DNA of 45,186 nucleotides from a virus. Its lineage: Duplodnaviria > Caudoviricetes. The notes under the pieces were generated by a model, which did not search any database, had not been told where the DNA came from, and saw only the letters and a program-made list of their open reading frames with translations. Location: positions 1 through 45,186 of IMG/VR virus record IMGVR_UViG_3300032248_001448, one strand, 5' to 3'. Shown piece by piece: positions 8,685 to 18,078 of the stretch. The stretch's first letter is position 1; every line of letters starts with the position of its first letter. The position numbers and the translations under genes were made by a program.

Positions 8685-10522
8685 TTGAATGTCCAAAAAA
8701 ATATATAAAAGAAGTCAAAGACGTTAATAAAGAGCTTTTGGAGCTCAAAGGTTTTCTTAACGATAAAGAAGCCAAAATAACTCTTGCTAAATTTTTAAGA
8801 GCAAATATAGGATTGACGACAGAATTGATAAGCGGCGTCAAACTAGCTCCTTATCAAGAATTACATATTAAAGCATTTTTTAATCGTAATTTTAATATGT
8901 GTGTTTTTGGTCGAGGGTGCGGAAAAAGTTTTATGGCTGCAGTTTTCTGTTTTCTCCAATGTATTTTTGAACCAAATACAAAAATTCTTATAGCTGGGCC
9001 CACATTTAGAACAGCTCGATTTATTTTTAATAATCTTGAAAAAATAGTTAATAGTCCTGGAGCAGAATTGCTCGCTCAATGTTTCGGGGCGAAAGCTAAG
9101 CGTAATGATCAATTTGAATGGCAAATAAATGGGGGAAGTATCGTGGCTATACCTTTAAACGGCGAAAAAATTAGAGGTTTTAGAGCGAATATTTTAGTTT
9201 TAGACGAATTTTTATTATTACCAGAAGAAATTATTAAAAATGTTTTAATGCCATTTTTAGTCGCTCCACAAAATATTAAAGAACGTATGGAAATACGAGA
9301 AATGGAAGATAAATTAATTTCAGAAGGTTTAATGAGAGAAGAGAACAAAACTATATTCGAAAATACGAGCAAAATGCTAGCTTTTTCATCAGCAAGTTTT
9401 ACTTTCGAAAATCTTTATAAAACTTATAACGAATGGACGGAAAAAATCATTAATAATGAGAAAGGCGAAGCTACTTATTTCGTTAGCCAAATGAGCTACG
9501 AGGCTCTTCCCGAAGAAATGATAGATAAAACAATTATTGAAGAAGCTCAAAACGGCGGCGCAAGTCATAGCAGTTTTTTGAGAGAATATTGCGCGAGATT
9601 TACGGATGGAAGCGATAGTTATTTTAATGCAAAAAAAATGGAAGATTGCACTTTGAAATTAGGAGAAAGACCTCATACTTTATTAAAGGGTGATCCAAAT
9701 AAAAAATATATATTAGGTATTGACCCAAATATGAGTGATAGTCCTAATGCAGATTATTTTGCGATGGCAATATTAGAAATAAACGAATCGGACAAAAGCG
9801 CTACGCTTGTTCATACTTATGCTGGTTTAGGTAATTTAAAAAATCACGTTGCATATTTTCATTATATATTAAAATATTTTAATATAGTGTTAATTGTAAT
9901 TGATAATGCCGGAGCAGACACATTTTTGTCGGCATGCAATCAATCTGAAATTTTCAAAAAAGATAAGATTAATATTAAAACATTTGAAATAAATTCTGAT
10001 TTAGATGGTCAAGATTATGAAATGATGATTCGAAATGCTAAATCAAAATATAATTTGCAAGATAGAAGAATCGCTTTTAATCAAGTATTTACTAGTGATT
10101 TCATTAGAAAATCTAATGAATATTTACAAGCTTGTATAGATTATAAAAAGATATGGTTTGCGAGTAAGACTGCTGCATTCGAGCCATTTTTTAATGAAGT
10201 GATAAATTTAAATATTGATTTGAATTTGATAAAAGAAGAAAAAAAAGACTGGACAATGATTGATTTTATAGAAAATCAAGACGATTTTATATATCAAACT
10301 AAAAAACAATGTGCATTAGTTGAATATACGTCTACAAGTCGAGGCGCTCAAAATTTTGATTTGCCCCAGCATTTAAAAAGAAGTTCTTCTGCAAATAAAG
10401 CCAGAAAAGATAATTATTCCGCATTATTACTGGCTAATTGGGCGGCGAAATGTTATTTTGATTTGAATAGGGCTCCAGAAAAAATAGAAAATGCTACTTT
10501 TTCGCCTATAATGATTAAATAA
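8681..10522 (+). CDS. terL: Terminase large subunit
   Basis: LAPYQ adenine-binding motif, Walker A GRGCGKS, IRGFRANILVLDEF Walker B, FLREYCARF, and RNase H-like nuclease motifs ILGIDPN and KDNYSA. Confidence 0.93.
   Translation: MIECPKKYIKEVKDVNKELLELKGFLNDKEAKITLAKFLRANIGLTTELISGVKLAPYQELHIKAFFNRNFNMCVFGRGCGKSFMAAVFCFLQCIFEPNTKILIAGPTFRTARFIFNNLEKIVNSPGAELLAQCFGAKAKRNDQFEWQINGGSIVAIPLNGEKIRGFRANILVLDEFLLLPEEIIKNVLMPFLVAPQNIKERMEIREMEDKLISEGLMREENKTIFENTSKMLAFSSASFTFENLYKTYNEWTEKIINNEKGEATYFVSQMSYEALPEEMIDKTIIEEAQNGGASHSSFLREYCARFTDGSDSYFNAKKMEDCTLKLGERPHTLLKGDPNKKYILGIDPNMSDSPNADYFAMAILEINESDKSATLVHTYAGLGNLKNHVAYFHYILKYFNIVLIVIDNAGADTFLSACNQSEIFKKDKINIKTFEINSDLDGQDYEMMIRNAKSKYNLQDRRIAFNQVFTSDFIRKSNEYLQACIDYKKIWFASKTAAFEPFFNEVINLNIDLNLIKEEKKDWTMIDFIENQDDFIYQTKKQCALVEYTSTSRGAQNFDLPQHLKRSSSANKARKDNYSALLLANWAAKCYFDLNRAPEKIENATFSPIMIK
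10484..10512 (+). promoter_or_regulatory. Sigma70-like promoter ATAGAA-N17-TATAAT inside the terL 3' end
   Basis: TAGA 10485-10488, 18-nt gap, TATAAT 10507-10512; same geometry as the 5551 and 19236 sites. Confidence 0.45.
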
Positions 10523-10523
10523 A

Positions 10524-10530
10524 GTGTAAT
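10524..10530 (+). promoter_or_regulatory. Putative late promoter GTGTAAT (portal)
   Basis: Exact motif in the 19-nt gap, 11 nt before ATG. Confidence 0.7.
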
Positions 10531-10541
10531 TTTTCTTCGAA

Positions 10542-12437
10542 ATGTCTAAAAAAGTTAAAAAAATAGAAAAAAGTCTAAAAAATCCAGAAATACAACCATT
10601 GATGGTTTCTGCTTCGGAAGCCGTATTTAAATATAGCTCAGAAGGATCAACGGAAACTACAAAAATAAGAAGAAATGCCTCTAGCACGATACAAAGAACT
10701 GACAAATATAAAAATATTGAAGAAGGATTAATCCCTTTCAGATATTCGGGCGGGATAAAAAATGAATCAAACGTCTCAATCAGAGACGCAGTAATACTTT
10801 GTCAAAAAGCTTATTATAATTTTGCTATATTTAGAAATACGGTCGATTTAATGACAGAATTTTCTTCTAGCCATATATATTTTAGAGGAGGAAGTCAAAA
10901 AAGCAGAGATTTTTTCGAAGCGTTATTTAAGAAAATAAATTTGTGGGATTTTCAAGATCAATTTTTTAGGGAATACTATAGAAGCGGTAATGTTTTTATC
11001 TATAGATTCGACACGAAAGTTTCAGATGATGACATAACTAAAATTACTCAAACATTTGGATTATTTTCTAAGGCAGCGGTTAATTTGCCTTCGAGATATA
11101 TGATATTAAACCCTGCAGATATTCAAATGGGCGGAAGTATTAATTTTTCTCTAGGAAGATATTATAAAATAATTAGTGATTATGAACTCGAAAGATTGAA
11201 AAGTCCAAAGACTGATGAAGATCTAGAAGTATTGAAAAGCTTACCCCCAGAAACTCAAAGGCTTATACAACAAAAAAGTATAGGTATATTAACTTTGCCA
11301 CTAGACGCAAAAAGACTTGTAGCAGTTTTTTATAAAAAACAAGATTACGAACCTTTCGCTGTTCCTATGGGGTATCCAGTTTTAGAAGATATAAATTGGA
11401 AAGCTGAAATGAAAAAAATGGACATGTCTATAACCAGAACTATGCAGCAGGCAATTTTATTGATCACAATGGGCTCAGAGCCAGAAAAAGGTGGAATTAA
11501 TCAAAAAAATTTAGAAGCTATGCAAAAACTTTTTGAAAACCAAAGCGTTGGAAGAGTTTTGATCGCGGATTATACAACGAAAGCAGAATTTGTTATTCCT
11601 GATATTGGAAATTTAATCGGGCCAGAAAAATATCAAATTGTTGATAAAGATATTCAAATTGGGCTTAACAATATTCTTATCGGAAGCGAAAAATTTGCCA
11701 ATCAAAGCATTAAAGTCCAAGTTTTTGTAGAAAGACTAAAACAGGCTCGCCAAGCTTTTATTAATGAATTTTTATTTCCAGAAATAAGAAGAATAAGCAA
11801 GGAATTAGGTTTTAAAAATTATCCTACGCCAAATTTTGAAGATATTGATCTTAAGGATGACGTTCAATATTCCAGAATCTATAATAGATTAATAGAATTA
11901 GGAATTCTAACTCCAGAAGAAGGCATTAGAGCAATCGAGACGGGAAGACTCCCGAATGATGAAGAATCTCAAGCCGCTCAATTAAAATTCAAAGAATTAA
12001 AAGACAAAGGATTATATCAACCATTAATTGGCGGAACTAAAAATGATCAAGTCGGGAGACCAGCGGGATCAGATGGAATTAAACAATCTACGAAAAATAT
12101 AAAACCAATTGGAACAAATGCCAAAGAACAATATAGCTTTTTAAAAGTTAAAAATAATTTAATAGCCTACCAAAAGCTAGAAGAAGAAATCGCTAATTTT
12201 TTGAGAAAAAAACACAATCTAAAAAAATTATCATTTGATCAAAAAAATATAGTCGAAGATATAACTAAAATAATTGTAGCTAACGAAATTCCAGAAAATT
12301 GGAAAAATAAAATAGAAGATTACATAAATTCTCCTGTAGATAAAAATTTTGGTCAAGTCAAAAATATACAATCTATAGCCTTAAACCATCAAATTGATAG
12401 CTACTTGGCGTCAATTTTATACCACAGTAAAATTTAA
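10542..12437 (+). CDS. Portal protein
   Basis: 631 aa directly after terL. FRNTVDLMTEF, EYYRSGNVFIY, YEPFAVPMGYPVL and LIELGILTPEE resemble portal wing, stem and crown segments. Confidence 0.85.
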   Translation: MSKKVKKIEKSLKNPEIQPLMVSASEAVFKYSSEGSTETTKIRRNASSTIQRTDKYKNIEEGLIPFRYSGGIKNESNVSIRDAVILCQKAYYNFAIFRNTVDLMTEFSSSHIYFRGGSQKSRDFFEALFKKINLWDFQDQFFREYYRSGNVFIYRFDTKVSDDDITKITQTFGLFSKAAVNLPSRYMILNPADIQMGGSINFSLGRYYKIISDYELERLKSPKTDEDLEVLKSLPPETQRLIQQKSIGILTLPLDAKRLVAVFYKKQDYEPFAVPMGYPVLEDINWKAEMKKMDMSITRTMQQAILLITMGSEPEKGGINQKNLEAMQKLFENQSVGRVLIADYTTKAEFVIPDIGNLIGPEKYQIVDKDIQIGLNNILIGSEKFANQSIKVQVFVERLKQARQAFINEFLFPEIRRISKELGFKNYPTPNFEDIDLKDDVQYSRIYNRLIELGILTPEEGIRAIETGRLPNDEESQAAQLKFKELKDKGLYQPLIGGTKNDQVGRPAGSDGIKQSTKNIKPIGTNAKEQYSFLKVKNNLIAYQKLEEEIANFLRKKHNLKKLSFDQKNIVEDITKIIVANEIPENWKNKIEDYINSPVDKNFGQVKNIQSIALNHQIDSYLASILYHSKI

Positions 12438-12476
12438 TAGATTTTATTATATTTCATTTTTATAATAAAGTGTAAT
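12437..12476 (+). promoter_or_regulatory. Tandem promoters: ATAGAT-N18-TATAAT and GTGTAAT (lysis cassette)
   Basis: ATAGAT 12437-12442, TATAAT 12461-12466, GTGTAAT 12470-12476, ATG 12485. Confidence 0.65.
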
Positions 12477-12484
12477 ATAAATAT

Positions 12485-12799
12485 ATGCAGAATTTTTTAT
12501 CAAAATTATTCGGCCCAAGTTGGCGGTCTTCAACTTCTGGAGTGATTACTGTCGTAGCAGTAACAACTGCTCTTGTAATTAACGGAGACCATACGCTTGT
12601 AGCCTTTCTTCCGGATAAATTGGAAGAATATATAGTTGGAATTTCAAAAATCGTTGCGATTGTTAGCGGAGTTATTTTTGCTTTAAGCGTTAAAGATAAC
12701 CGTGTAACTGGAGGCAGTATTCCGCAAACAGTAGAAGCTGAGCATAGAGCAGAAAAAATAGAAAGAAATCTAGTCAATAAAAATAGGAAAAATATATGA
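12485..12799 (+). CDS. Putative holin
   Basis: 104 aa, two hydrophobic helices, charged C-terminal tail; first gene of the cassette ending in the endolysin. Confidence 0.6.
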   Translation: MQNFLSKLFGPSWRSSTSGVITVVAVTTALVINGDHTLVAFLPDKLEEYIVGISKIVAIVSGVIFALSVKDNRVTGGSIPQTVEAEHRAEKIERNLVNKNRKNI

Positions 12800-13254
12800 A
12801 TAAATTAAATTTAATCGCGGCTACCATTATGGGTATTTTTATTATTGGTTGCACTACAACTAATACGTATAAAGATAATCAGATTGGTGGCGCAACTGCT
12901 GTCGAAAACGCACTTCCATACATTAAACCAGCAATAATTCTTGCTTGTACGGTAGTTCTTGAGCAAGCTCTTTCGCCAGAAGATCGTGTAGAAAAAGCTA
13001 AAATGATAAATCATGTTGCTTTGGTAGTCGAAGCTCTTACAGTCGGCCAGACTCCTACTCCAGATCAATTGCAAAAAGCTCTTACTGACTACCTTCCGGC
13101 AGAAAAAACTCATTGGGCGAAATATATTATAGCAGTTAAAGATATTTACGCCGCTCAATTTGCTAAAATTAATGGAGACGCTGCTCTTGCCATCAAAATC
13201 CTTAATGCTATCGCAGGCGGATGTAAAGATGCCACGGCAGAATATGTAAACTAA
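12796..13254 (+). CDS. Predicted lipoprotein, helical
   Basis: MNKLNLIAATIMGIFIIG-C signal peptide with a lipobox-like IIGC. Confidence 0.7.
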   Translation: MNKLNLIAATIMGIFIIGCTTTNTYKDNQIGGATAVENALPYIKPAIILACTVVLEQALSPEDRVEKAKMINHVALVVEALTVGQTPTPDQLQKALTDYLPAEKTHWAKYIIAVKDIYAAQFAKINGDAALAIKILNAIAGGCKDATAEYVN

Positions 13255-13455
13255 ATGCCAACGGGAATCATTCAAGCTTTATTATCTGCGATATCTGGAG
13301 TATTTTCAGCGATTAATAATTTATTTGGAGCTAAAAATACAAAAGAAATGAAAGAGCGTCAAGAAGCCCAAAAAGAAGTAGAATACCAAAGTGAACTTGA
13401 GAAAGAAATTAAGGATAAAGATCTTGAAAAAATTCGTAAACGTATTAGTTCTTAA
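13255..13455 (+). CDS. Putative inner-membrane spanin-like protein
   Basis: Hydrophobic/amphipathic N-terminus plus charged coiled coil; its 3' end is overlapped by a lipoprotein gene, as in Rz/Rz1. Confidence 0.5.
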   Translation: MPTGIIQALLSAISGVFSAINNLFGAKNTKEMKERQEAQKEVEYQSELEKEIKDKDLEKIRKRISS

Positions 13456-13840
13456 TTTTTTTCTAGTTAGCTGCGCGACAATTACGCCGAATAAAATAGA
13501 AGACACAGCTGCATCTTATGATGCGTCTACCCCATCTCAATATGGCCAAGATAATGGTGGAGTTATTGCTATTTTAGATAATGGAGCGGTAATTACTTTG
13601 CAAGCGAAAGACCGCTATAATAAATTAATTGAGATGTATAAAGTAAAATTTAAAAAAGAAAAAGCTATTGAACTCGTTGTCAATTCTGGAATTAAGCTAT
13701 ATAAAGATCGATACGGAAATGATTTATTTTTAATCGATAATGAGCACCTCGTTTATTTTGGGGTAATGAATAGTTGGCTTAAAGAAAAAGTCGCGCAAGA
13801 TAATTTAATTGATAAAACAATTGATAAAATAAATAATTAA
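13424..13840 (+). CDS. Lipoprotein, putative outer-membrane spanin-like
   Basis: A TTG13424 start (AAGGA 8 nt upstream) gives the signal peptide MKKFVNVLVLNFFLVS-C; overlaps the upstream gene. Confidence 0.6.
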   Translation: MKKFVNVLVLNFFLVSCATITPNKIEDTAASYDASTPSQYGQDNGGVIAILDNGAVITLQAKDRYNKLIEMYKVKFKKEKAIELVVNSGIKLYKDRYGNDLFLIDNEHLVYFGVMNSWLKEKVAQDNLIDKTIDKINN

Positions 13841-13841
13841 T

Positions 13842-14732
13842 ATGAAGCATTTTATTTATACAAATTTTACTAATGGCGGCAATGTGACGTCTCCACCTCC
13901 GCCTCCAGGAGGCGGATCATCGAGCGCAAAAATTATATTTTTAGGAGATAGCGGAATGCCTCCGTTGGCAGATACTGAAAATACTGCTAATAAAATAAAG
14001 CAAGAAGCGCCAGATTATGTGATACATTTAGGAGATGCAAATTATGAAAGTCCTCAAAAATTAAATACAAATTTTTTAAATTTTTGGCAAAATTATTTAA
14101 ATAAAATGTATTTTGTTTTTGGAAATCATGATTTGGATTATGATTATGGAGCCGGAATTATTGAAAATTTACCGCTTGTTAAAAATAATCTAACTCAACA
14201 AAAAATTAATAGTAAATTTTTATGCTATGATTTTAAGATTAATAATATTCATTTTTTTGCGTTTAACTCTGGCAATACATATTCGGGAGATTCATTGACC
14301 CAACAAAATGATCAATTTCTTAATTTAGAAAATCAATTCGAGGAAATGTTACCGAAAATTAGAAATTCTCAATATAAATGGAAAATTGTTTTAGTTCATA
14401 AACCGCCGTATACGAATGAATATACCCACAAACCAGGAGCGGGGCCACTTAGATTAGACTATAAAGCTGAAGGAGTAGATATAGTTATGAGCGCTCACTC
14501 GCATCTTTATGAAAAGATCAATATTAATAATATTTTTTATTTAATACAAGGACTTGGCGGTGCTGAAAAAAGATGTGGAAGTACTCCCTATTTAAATGGA
14601 ACAAATTTGAATTATTGTTTAAAAAATGCATATACAATACTTAACGTTTCGAATAATAATTTAGAATTTATAACGAAAAATATAGATGGCGAGATAATAG
14701 ACCAGTTTGGTTTAACAAAATTTTTAAGTTAA
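13842..14732 (+). CDS. Calcineurin-like metallophosphoesterase, purple acid phosphatase type
   Basis: GDSG, GDANY, GNHD, VHKPPY and AHSH match the five metal-ligand motifs. Confidence 0.88.
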   Translation: MKHFIYTNFTNGGNVTSPPPPPGGGSSSAKIIFLGDSGMPPLADTENTANKIKQEAPDYVIHLGDANYESPQKLNTNFLNFWQNYLNKMYFVFGNHDLDYDYGAGIIENLPLVKNNLTQQKINSKFLCYDFKINNIHFFAFNSGNTYSGDSLTQQNDQFLNLENQFEEMLPKIRNSQYKWKIVLVHKPPYTNEYTHKPGAGPLRLDYKAEGVDIVMSAHSHLYEKININNIFYLIQGLGGAEKRCGSTPYLNGTNLNYCLKNAYTILNVSNNNLEFITKNIDGEIIDQFGLTKFLS

Positions 14733-15361
14733 TGTTAAACGGCAAATCTATTAAACTTATTTTAGAGTTCGAAGTTGGTGGCGGAGAAAATTATTATAAT
14801 AAATTTTTAAAAAATCCAACTTGGCCAGGAGAGCAAAGTGGGATAACAATTGGCGTTGGTTATGATGCTGGATATGTAAATAAAACAGAATTTACAAATG
14901 ATTGGAAAGAATTAAATCAAAAAGACTTTAGCAGATTATATAAAGTCGTTGGAATAAAAGGTGTCGCCGCAAAAGATCATATTCGGGGGTTGAAAGATAT
15001 AGTTATACCTTGGGAATTAGGACTTAAAGTGTTCATGAATAAAACTGTAAATAAATTTTATAGTTTGGCTAAAAATACTTTTCCACATTTTGATAATCTT
15101 CCAGAAGATGCAAAAGGCGGGTTAGTAAGTTTAGTATTTAATAGAGGCGCAAATCTTGAAGGAGATAGACGCCGGGAGATGAAAAATATTTATGATATAA
15201 TGAATAAAAACGAAACCTTTGATCAAAAAATATTATCTCAAATTGCTGATCAAATTCGTAGTATGAAAAGAATATGGATTGGCGGGAGCATAGAAAAAGG
15301 GATGTCTCGGAGAAGAGACGCCGAAGCCAAAATAATTGAAGAAGCCGTCTCAACTATTTAG
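14732..15361 (+). CDS. Endolysin, lysozyme-fold muramidase (GH24/pesticin-C-like)
   Basis: LILEFE, WPGEQSGITIGVGYDAG, LVSLVFNRG, GMSRRRDAEA. Confidence 0.85.
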   Translation: MLNGKSIKLILEFEVGGGENYYNKFLKNPTWPGEQSGITIGVGYDAGYVNKTEFTNDWKELNQKDFSRLYKVVGIKGVAAKDHIRGLKDIVIPWELGLKVFMNKTVNKFYSLAKNTFPHFDNLPEDAKGGLVSLVFNRGANLEGDRRREMKNIYDIMNKNETFDQKILSQIADQIRSMKRIWIGGSIEKGMSRRRDAEAKIIEEAVSTI

Positions 15362-15401
15362 CATAATTTTCGAAAATATTTTTAAAATAATCTATAATTA
15401 A

Positions 15402-15408
15402 GTGTAAT
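15402..15408 (+). promoter_or_regulatory. Putative late promoter GTGTAAT (head operon)
   Basis: Exact motif 11 nt before ATG15420; TATAAT immediately upstream at 15393-15398. Confidence 0.7.
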
Positions 15409-15419
15409 ATATTTTTGAC

Positions 15420-15866
15420 ATGAAATTTAATAAATTAAATTTTGATAATTTTAATTATATTGAAAGCAAATCCAAAGATTTAAATATAGATAATTCCAAA
15501 AAAATTATATCTATATTAAAAGAAAAAGTTTCAGAATTTAATTTAAATAATAAAAATCGCGTAAATATAAATCAATTTAAAAAAATTTATCGTCACGCAT
15601 CCAGAAATAAGCCAAAAGATACCGCGGCAAATTATCATGAATATGCAATAGCTAAAGTAAATGCATTTATATCTGTTTTGAGCAATAAAAGAAAATTTAA
15701 TTTATCATTATCTTCAAAAAAGAAAATATATGATTCATTTTTAATCGAAAGCTCAATTGAGCCTCTTCCCGAAGATTATGAAGAAAATAAATTAAATATA
15801 TATTACTCAAATCCAGAAGATTTATATTTAGAAGATGAAGAAGACGTAATTACATTTAATTATTGA
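15420..15866 (+). CDS. Hypothetical protein in the head operon
   Basis: Open frame ending 1 nt before the protease gene. FKKIYRHA...YAIAKVNAF resembles a small helical viral domain (recalled as DUF5824-like, unverified). Confidence 0.6.
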   Translation: MKFNKLNFDNFNYIESKSKDLNIDNSKKIISILKEKVSEFNLNNKNRVNINQFKKIYRHASRNKPKDTAANYHEYAIAKVNAFISVLSNKRKFNLSLSSKKKIYDSFLIESSIEPLPEDYEENKLNIYYSNPEDLYLEDEEDVITFNY

Positions 15867-15867
15867 C

Positions 15868-17415
15868 ATGAAAAAAAATAAATTTACGACTATATTTTCG
15901 AATATTCATTTGAAGCCGATTGTTAGCGCCGAAAAAGATAAATATTTATCTACGGCATCTATAAATCAATTAAAAAAATTTATTCCTGATATTAATATAG
16001 AAGAGAATATAGATTTATTACCCATAGCATTTGATGCGTGCGTTGTTAATAGAGTCAATAAAAATGGAGACGTTATCGATGCTTTGACTGCTTCAAAAAT
16101 AGCTAAAAATTTTATTAATAAACCAATTAATATAGAGCATAATAGAAATACTGTCGTAGGCTGCATATTAAATTATGGATTTACTGAATTTGGTACATCA
16201 AATAAAATTGAAGAAAAAGACATAGAAAAAATTAAAAAACCATTTAATATTACTTTAGGTGGATTAGTTTGGAAAGTAGTTAATCAAGATCTAGCCGATA
16301 AATTAGAAGAAGCTAATGATCCTACTAGCGAAAATTATATGAGCATTAGCGCCAGCTGGGAATTAGGATTTGATGAATTTAATATAGTATTATTAAATAA
16401 TAATGAAAAAAATATTGAAAATGGTCAAATTATTAGCGACGCAGAAGAAATTGAAAAATATGAAAATTCTTTAAAAGGCTTTGGAGGATCTGGCAAGGTA
16501 GACGAAAATAAATATATATATCGTCAAGTTTTAGGGAAAGTAATTCCTCTTGGAATAGGATTAACATTAAATCCAGCGGCAGATGTCAAAGGGGTTATTA
16601 CTGCTAAAGAAATTAATCCGATTTTAATTTCTGAAAATCCCTCTAAAGCCTCAGATGAAAATAATTGTTCCCAAAACGAACAAATAGATGTAAAGAAAGA
16701 GAGAATATATATGAAGATATCAAAACTTGAAGAAATCACGGATTCACTTCTTAAAGAAGTGACTGCTTCTGCGGTAATTGATTTTATTTCAGAAGAAATT
16801 AAAAAAGTAAACGATCAATATTTAGTTGAAAAAAATTCGAAAGAAAATGCGTTAAAAGATGCTTCTGAAAAAATAAATTCTGTTACAGCTGAATATGAAA
16901 ATGTAAAAAAACAATTAGAAGAAGTTAATAAAAAATTAGGCGATATCGAAAAAGAACAAGAAACCAAAGCTAAGCAAGAAGCTTTTAATATGAGAATGGC
17001 AGCTTTTGATGAAGAATACGACCTAGCCGATGAAGATCGTAAAGTTTTAGCCGAAGATATTAAAGACCTGAACGAAGAAGGCTTTGCTGCTTATAAAAAC
17101 AAAATGGCCGTGCTCATGAAAGAAAAAAATAAAGCTACAAAAAAATCCATGAAAGAAAAAGTAGATAAAGAAGATTTAAAAGATAAAGGCGCAGACGAAG
17201 ATAAAGAAGACAAAAACGGAAAAGTGATTAAATCCGCTATTGCTTCTGAAGAGGCTGCGCAACAAGTTTCTACAACCCAAGAGGTTGTCGAACAAGCTGT
17301 TGATAATGGATCAAAAGCTTCAACTGAAATACCAAATTCCGCTCCAGCTTCTGAGCCAAGCGTAAAAGAAAAATACGCCAGAGCTTTTAGTTTGGAAGGA
17401 TTTAATATAAAATAA
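15868..17415 (+). CDS. Prohead protease fused to a scaffolding protein
   Basis: N-terminal half has VNKNGD, INIEH (His) and SASWE (Ser), as in herpes-fold phage proteases. C-terminal half is a charged coiled coil. Lies upstream of the capsid genes. Confidence 0.8.
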   Translation: MKKNKFTTIFSNIHLKPIVSAEKDKYLSTASINQLKKFIPDINIEENIDLLPIAFDACVVNRVNKNGDVIDALTASKIAKNFINKPINIEHNRNTVVGCILNYGFTEFGTSNKIEEKDIEKIKKPFNITLGGLVWKVVNQDLADKLEEANDPTSENYMSISASWELGFDEFNIVLLNNNEKNIENGQIISDAEEIEKYENSLKGFGGSGKVDENKYIYRQVLGKVIPLGIGLTLNPAADVKGVITAKEINPILISENPSKASDENNCSQNEQIDVKKERIYMKISKLEEITDSLLKEVTASAVIDFISEEIKKVNDQYLVEKNSKENALKDASEKINSVTAEYENVKKQLEEVNKKLGDIEKEQETKAKQEAFNMRMAAFDEEYDLADEDRKVLAEDIKDLNEEGFAAYKNKMAVLMKEKNKATKKSMKEKVDKEDLKDKGADEDKEDKNGKVIKSAIASEEAAQQVSTTQEVVEQAVDNGSKASTEIPNSAPASEPSVKEKYARAFSLEGFNIK

Positions 17416-17427
17416 GGAGATAAAATT

Positions 17428-18057
17428 ATGGCATTATTAAAAGGATTCAGAGATTATAGCGAACACGATGTACTAAATCTTTTTAGTTACAAAGGTAGTT
17501 TGAGCGCTGTAGCTGGTTGGGCTCATGTCCCTGCTGGCACAGTAGTAGAAATCGAAAATGGAGTTACCTTAAATGAAGGCACCGTTCCTTCAAGTGAAGA
17601 CTTAGGTTTTCAATATGGTAACACAGTTTCTAGCCGATATGGTGTGTCCGCTTCAGTAAAAGTAAACGACAATAGTGGCGCCCCACTAGGCTTAACTTTA
17701 ATGGACGTAAGAGAATTTGACGAAAACGGAGAGAAATTAATTTTCAATCCGCGCAAAGCTGCTGAAATTAATGCAGTTGTTAAAGGTCAACCCGTTCCAA
17801 TCTTAACAAGAGGTTTAATCACTGTCGAAGTTACAGACAATATTACATCTTCTGCAACTACGGAAGAAATTGCTGCGAATCCAAGCTTAGCTGGTACGCA
17901 AGTAGCTCGTCCTTCTTTTGCGGGATACGGAATATATACAAATAATGGTGGGAAACTTCAAACAAATGCTAATGGTCAAAAAGTTGGAATATTGCTTAGC
18001 AATATTACCAATGGCGTAGCACTCGTTAAAGTTGATTTTAACCTAAAATGGGAATAA
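17428..18057 (+). CDS. Capsid decoration/cement-type protein
   Basis: Between scaffold and major capsid protein (MCP); strong SD (TAAGGAG); beta-rich with PLGLTL, VPILTRG and VGILL. Confidence 0.6.
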   Translation: MALLKGFRDYSEHDVLNLFSYKGSLSAVAGWAHVPAGTVVEIENGVTLNEGTVPSSEDLGFQYGNTVSSRYGVSASVKVNDNSGAPLGLTLMDVREFDENGEKLIFNPRKAAEINAVVKGQPVPILTRGLITVEVTDNITSSATTEEIAANPSLAGTQVARPSFAGYGIYTNNGGKLQTNANGQKVGILLSNITNGVALVKVDFNLKWE

Positions 18058-18078
18058 TTTAAAAGGAGAAATTTAAAA

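Noticed and set aside
8681-10522. Intein or intron in terL
   Set aside because: Normal length, continuous motifs, no splice-junction or homing-endonuclease signatures.
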